Shown: positions 60,191-64,000 of the stretch, one piece after another
How the letters are laid out: every line of letters starts with the position of its first letter
Numbering within the stretch: position 1 is the stretch's first letter
Assembly: GCA_963769885.1 (NCBI GenBank)
Contig: CAVYNH010000004.1
Span: 224,001 to 288,000, forward strand
DNA from: Methanobacteriota archaeon
GTDB lineage: Archaea; Thermoplasmatota; E2; DHVEG-1
DNA length: 64,000 nt
Reading direction: 5' to 3'
The notes under the pieces: generated by a model
What the model was told of the DNA's origin: nothing
Databases searched by the model: none
What the model saw: only the letters and a program-made list of their open reading frames with translations
Translations under genes and position numbers: made by a program

Positions 60191-60406
60191 ATGGAGGAAG
60201 TGCTCTACAATATAGAGATCCACAAGAATGAGGGAAGTTATTTAGGGAAGATTTATTCGGATATTGATGGGGTCAAGGAGTTTGAGAACAACCGGATTGA
60301 CCGGCTGTTGCGGGATATTATTGTGGATATGCAGTTGGCATTGGATGATGAGTTTACGACGCGGGCGACGCTGGAGCCGCCGGAGTTCATTGACGAGTTG
60401 AAGTAG
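60191..60406 (+). CDS. Small acidic hypothetical protein
   Basis: 71-aa ORF with TATA-like and GAGGG elements upstream. Confidence 0.6.
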   Translation: MEEVLYNIEIHKNEGSYLGKIYSDIDGVKEFENNRIDRLLRDIIVDMQLALDDEFTTRATLEPPEFIDELK

Positions 60407-60536
60407 CTGGCTCTGCAGGTGGGAGTTCCCGGGGGTTTTTCTCCTGGTTGCCCCTCCTGGGGTCTAAGGGGAACCTTTTTAAAGCTTACTGTTATTTACG
60501 GACTTCATCTTATCCGTCTTCATCGGAGGAAGAGAA

Positions 60537-60716
60537 TTGAATTACACCCGTTTCGAGAAAGCTCGTATCATCGGTGCCCGGGCCCTGCAGTTGTCGATGG
60601 GGGCGCCGTGTTTGCTGGCGAACCTTCCTAAGGAAATCATCGATCCTGTGGACATTGCGATGCTTGAGTTCGACGAGGGCGCGATTCCCATCACCGTGAA
60701 ACGTAGAGAGAGCTAA
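60537..60716 (+). CDS. rpoK: RNA polymerase subunit K (Rpo6)
   Basis: Hand translation from TTG: [30 protein letters not shown]. Confidence 0.95.
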   Translation: MNYTRFEKARIIGARALQLSMGAPCLLANLPKEIIDPVDIAMLEFDEGAIPITVKRRES

Positions 60717-60732
60717 GAGAGACCGAAGGCCT

Positions 60733-61365
60733 ATGGCGGAAGAGAAACCCGTGGAGCAGCAGGATTCTGAGAACCCGATGCTGGTCAGCGAAGAGATTTA
60801 CATGACGTCCGGCGTTCATATTGGGACGCGACAGAAGACCGCGGACATCCGGGATTTCATTTACAAGGTCCGGAATGACGGCCTGTATATCATCGATGTG
60901 AAGAAGACGAACGAGCGGATCCGCAACGCGGCGAAGCTGCTGGCGCGCTACAACCCGTCCAAGGTGCTGGTGGTGTCGGTGCGGCAGTACGGGCAGAAGC
61001 CGGTGCAGAAGCTCGGCGAGTACACGAAGATCCAGGTGCTGGCTGGTCGGTTCCAGCCGGGGACGTTGACGAACCCGAACGCGAAGACGTTCCTGGAGCC
61101 GGAGATCATTATGTTGACTGACCCGCTGGCTGATGTGCAGGCGTTGCATGAGGCGAAGAACATCGGGATCCCGGTGGTGGCCTTGTGCGATACGAATAAT
61201 GAGACGAAGTACATCGATTACATCATCCCGACGAACAACAAGGGGCGTCGGGCGCTGGCGCTGATCTACTGGCTGCTGACGCGGGCGATCCTGCGGGAGC
61301 AGGGGAAGATCGCCTCGGATGAGGAGTTCACGGCGTCGGTCGAGGACTTCGAAGCCGAGATCTAA
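60733..61365 (+). CDS. rps2p: 30S ribosomal protein S2
   Basis: GVHIGT, GRFQPGTLTN, IPTNNKG. Confidence 0.97.
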   Translation: MAEEKPVEQQDSENPMLVSEEIYMTSGVHIGTRQKTADIRDFIYKVRNDGLYIIDVKKTNERIRNAAKLLARYNPSKVLVVSVRQYGQKPVQKLGEYTKIQVLAGRFQPGTLTNPNAKTFLEPEIIMLTDPLADVQALHEAKNIGIPVVALCDTNNETKYIDYIIPTNNKGRRALALIYWLLTRAILREQGKIASDEEFTASVEDFEAEI

Positions 61366-61406
61366 TGGCCCCCCATTGTGTTTCTTTGGTGTGGCGGTAG
61401 TCTCCC

Positions 61407-62579
61407 ATGGAAGTGCAGGTAAGCGACCGGATTGTTCTGATTGGGACCGCCCATATTTCTGCGGAGAGCGTGGCGGAGGTCCGCGCGGCGATCGAGAAGT
61501 ACAAGCCGGATATTGTCGCGGTTGAGCTGTGTCAACGGCGCTGTGACGTGCTGACGAAGAAGATCCAGTGGGAGGAGACGCCGGTCACGTCGCTGATCCG
61601 GTCGAACAATGCGTATTATATGCTGGCGCAGACGTTTCTGTCGTCGATCCAGCGCAAGCTTGGCGAGGAGTACGGCGTGCAGCCGGGCTCTGAGATGGTC
61701 GCGGCGATGGAGGAGGCGAAGCAGCGGAACCTGCCGGTCGCCTTGGTTGACCGGGACATCACGGTGACGTTGAAGCGCGCGTGGCGCACGATGGGGTTTT
61801 TGGAGAAGGTGAAGGTCGGCTGGGAGTTCATCAAGGCCATGGTCGGCTTTGAGGACGAGGAGTTGGAAGAGCTGGACCTCAAGGAGCTGATGAAGCAGGA
61901 TGTGATCAGCTCGATGATGGAGGAGTTCAGCAAGATCGCGCCGAGCGCCTCCAACGTGTTGATCCATGAACGCGACCAGTACATCGCTACGAAGATAAAG
62001 GAAGAGAGCAAGAGAGGCCGCGTCCTTGCAGTCGTTGGCGCCGGGCATCTGACCGGGATTCAGGCGGAGCTGCAAAAGACGGAGGAGCCGTCGCTGCCGG
62101 AGCTTGAGAAGATCCCGAAGAAACGGGTGACCCTCAGCCGGGTCGTCGCAGTGCTGGTGCCGTTGTTGTTCATCGGGATCATAGCGTATCTGCTTCTGAC
62201 GCGTGGGGAGAGTGCATGGAATTCGATTGCGAACATGTTCTTGTGGTGGTTCCTGATTCATGGCGGGATCTCCGCGCTGGGGGCAGCGATCGCGCGGGGC
62301 CATCCGTTGGCGATTGGGACCGCATTCCTGGCGGCGCCGTTTACGTCGCTGGAGCCGTTCTTCGCGCCCGGGTGGTTCGCGGGGTTGGTGGAGGCGAAGT
62401 TCCGCAAACCGGTCATCAGGGACTTCCAGAACCTGGGGAAGATTACAAGTACGCGGGAGTTCCTTAACAACAAGGTGATTCGCCTGCTGATGGTCGTGGC
62501 CTTGGCGAACTTGGGGAGCATCATCGCGACGATCGTGTATTTCCCGCTGTTACCGTGGCTGTTGAAGATCGGGTTTTGA
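61407..62579 (+). CDS. TraB/GumN-family protein
   Basis: LIGTAHIS, VAVELC, GSEM, ERD, VVGAGH plus TM tail. Confidence 0.92.
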   Translation: MEVQVSDRIVLIGTAHISAESVAEVRAAIEKYKPDIVAVELCQRRCDVLTKKIQWEETPVTSLIRSNNAYYMLAQTFLSSIQRKLGEEYGVQPGSEMVAAMEEAKQRNLPVALVDRDITVTLKRAWRTMGFLEKVKVGWEFIKAMVGFEDEELEELDLKELMKQDVISSMMEEFSKIAPSASNVLIHERDQYIATKIKEESKRGRVLAVVGAGHLTGIQAELQKTEEPSLPELEKIPKKRVTLSRVVAVLVPLLFIGIIAYLLLTRGESAWNSIANMFLWWFLIHGGISALGAAIARGHPLAIGTAFLAAPFTSLEPFFAPGWFAGLVEAKFRKPVIRDFQNLGKITSTREFLNNKVIRLLMVVALANLGSIIATIVYFPLLPWLLKIGF

Positions 62580-62682
62580 AGGCAAATTTCTGTTCATTCA
62601 CTTGATCCAGAGGACTTTCCGTCGGGTTTAAAGGATGAGCGTCGATACTTCTTCTTGAGCCGCTGTGAGGGGTTGAAGCCGC

Positions 62683-63417
62683 GTGGAGAAGCGTGAGCCG
62701 AAGATCTATAGCTCGTTTCAGGATTTACCGCCGCGGGAGTACATGTACATCCCGGAGGGGCAGCTGGAGGTCGGGCGTCCCGGGTCGTTCGGCCGTATCG
62801 AGCTGATGCACATCGGCATCGCTTTGGTCGTGTTAACAGTGGCGTTCGCGTTGTCGTTCTCAGCGAACCAGCTGCCGATCCTTGGGTTGAACGTGGCTGG
62901 GTTTCTGGCTGCGCTGCCATTGTCGCTGCTGGGGATGGTGACAGGGTTCATGTTGCACGAGCTCGCGCATAAGTTCATGGCGCAGAGGTTAGGGCTATGG
63001 GCCGAGTTCCGTATCTTTCCCCTTGGTTTGGTATTGTCATTGGTCGTAGTTTTATTCACGGGGTTCGTGTTCGCGGCACCGGGTGCGGTGATGTTCCGTG
63101 GGAATGCGCGGGTTGAGGAGACCGGCAGGATCGCATCTGCGGGACCCTTGACGAACATTGTGATTGCGGCGGTGATGTTCGCGCTGGTCCCTTTGGTTGG
63201 TTCCGTGTCGGTGTTCGGGGTGAATCTCGACGAGGTGTTGATCTTCATCTGTTTCATTAATGGTCTGCTGGCGGTGTTCAATCTGCTGCCGTTTGGGCCG
63301 CTTGATGGGCGGAAGGTGTTTGCGTGGAATGGGCTGGTGTGGGCGGGGTTGATGGTGGCCGCGGTGGTGTTGGTGATGGCGCGGTTTGAGGCTGGTGTGC
63401 TGTTCCCGGGTTTATAA
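62683..63417 (+). CDS. Site-2 (M50) membrane metalloprotease
   Basis: HELAH, AGPLTN, FNLLPFGPLDG. Confidence 0.92.
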   Translation: MEKREPKIYSSFQDLPPREYMYIPEGQLEVGRPGSFGRIELMHIGIALVVLTVAFALSFSANQLPILGLNVAGFLAALPLSLLGMVTGFMLHELAHKFMAQRLGLWAEFRIFPLGLVLSLVVVLFTGFVFAAPGAVMFRGNARVEETGRIASAGPLTNIVIAAVMFALVPLVGSVSVFGVNLDEVLIFICFINGLLAVFNLLPFGPLDGRKVFAWNGLVWAGLMVAAVVLVMARFEAGVLFPGL

Positions 63418-63465
63418 GGCATGTGGGGAAACTCTTATATCCTGGGGCGGGGAATGGTGGGGGAA

Positions 63466-64000
63466 ATGAAGACGATTGGGGTGTTTACTCGGGATTTTTC
63501 GCTGTATCATGATGTGATTGCGGTGTTGAAGCGGCGGATGCTGGGGTATGTGTCGTTATCGTCGCTTGAGGATATTCCGCGGCGGGTGGGCGTGATTCTG
63601 ACGTCGGAGGAGGAGCTGGCGTCGATTCCGTTGTTGAAGGCGGTGGCGGCGGATGCGTATGAGTCCGTGGATTGTGCGGTGGATTTGGCGTTGCAGAAGC
63701 TGACGGGGAAGGAGTTGTATTCGCGGTTGGTGGTGGGGATTGATCCGGGGGAGCGGCCGGGGTTGGCGGTGATGGGGGATGATGTGCTGCTGCAGAAGAC
63801 GAGTGTGGATGACCCGGGGGATGTGGTGTCTGAGGTGCGGCGGATTCAGCGGGTGTATCCGGCGAAGGAGATGGGGATCCGGATTGGGCATGGGTCCGTG
63901 ATTTTGCGCAATCGGATTATTAATTCGTTGATTCCGTTGGAGGTTCCGATTGAGATTGTGGATGAGTCACGGACCACACTTCCTGAGTTGCAGCGGGTCG
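63466..64000 (+). CDS. RNase H-fold (YqgF/RuvC-like) conserved archaeal protein, 3'-truncated
   Basis: Hand translation: MKTIGVFTRDFSLYHD..VVGIDPGERPGLAV..RIGHG..VDESRTT; runs off the window. Confidence 0.75.
   Translation, partial: MKTIGVFTRDFSLYHDVIAVLKRRMLGYVSLSSLEDIPRRVGVILTSEEELASIPLLKAVAADAYESVDCAVDLALQKLTGKELYSRLVVGIDPGERPGLAVMGDDVLLQKTSVDDPGDVVSEVRRIQRVYPAKEMGIRIGHGSVILRNRIINSLIPLEVPIEIVDESRTTLPELQRV

Noticed and set aside
1-64000. tRNA or rRNA genes
   Set aside because: None recognised by eye in the intergenic regions; a tRNAscan-SE run would be decisive.

Overview
Archaeal DNA, most likely Thermoplasmatota (MBG-D/DHVEG-like, inferred from DUF835, the PKD-tailed secreted proteins and the r-protein gene order). 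The window has four blocks. (1) 1-~16.75 kb is an AT-richer accessory region: a two-component signalling cluster, Hsp20/ferritin/hemerythrin stress genes, a giant multicopper oxidase with 9 Ig-like repeats, a prenyltransferase and a PQQ-type dehydrogenase. (2) ~16.76-39.7 kb is GC-rich core: PAC2, nop10, aIF2a, S27e, L44e, GINS, radB, dph2, nadA, iscS, queC, nob1, hisS, bioY and pstSCAB. (3) ~39.76-47.66 kb is a mobile-element hotspot. It holds a complete 7,215-bp single-transposase IS6-family cargo transposon (40436-47650) with 41-bp TIRs and a perfect 8-bp target duplication CACCCCAA. Its cargo is a type IIG R-M enzyme, a PIN toxin module and unknown genes. It abuts the decayed end of an older relative at the same site, directly upstream of the r-protein operon promoter. 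(4) 47.87-64 kb is the S10/spc-like r-protein operon, rpoK-rps2 and downstream genes. The most notable observation is a candidate ~80-nt hairpin sRNA inside the transposon (40981-41062), with its own TATA box. It contains a 20-nt segment complementary to the 5' end and start codon of the element's own transposase mRNA, 1.8 kb away. All family assignments are from motif recognition; no database searches were run.
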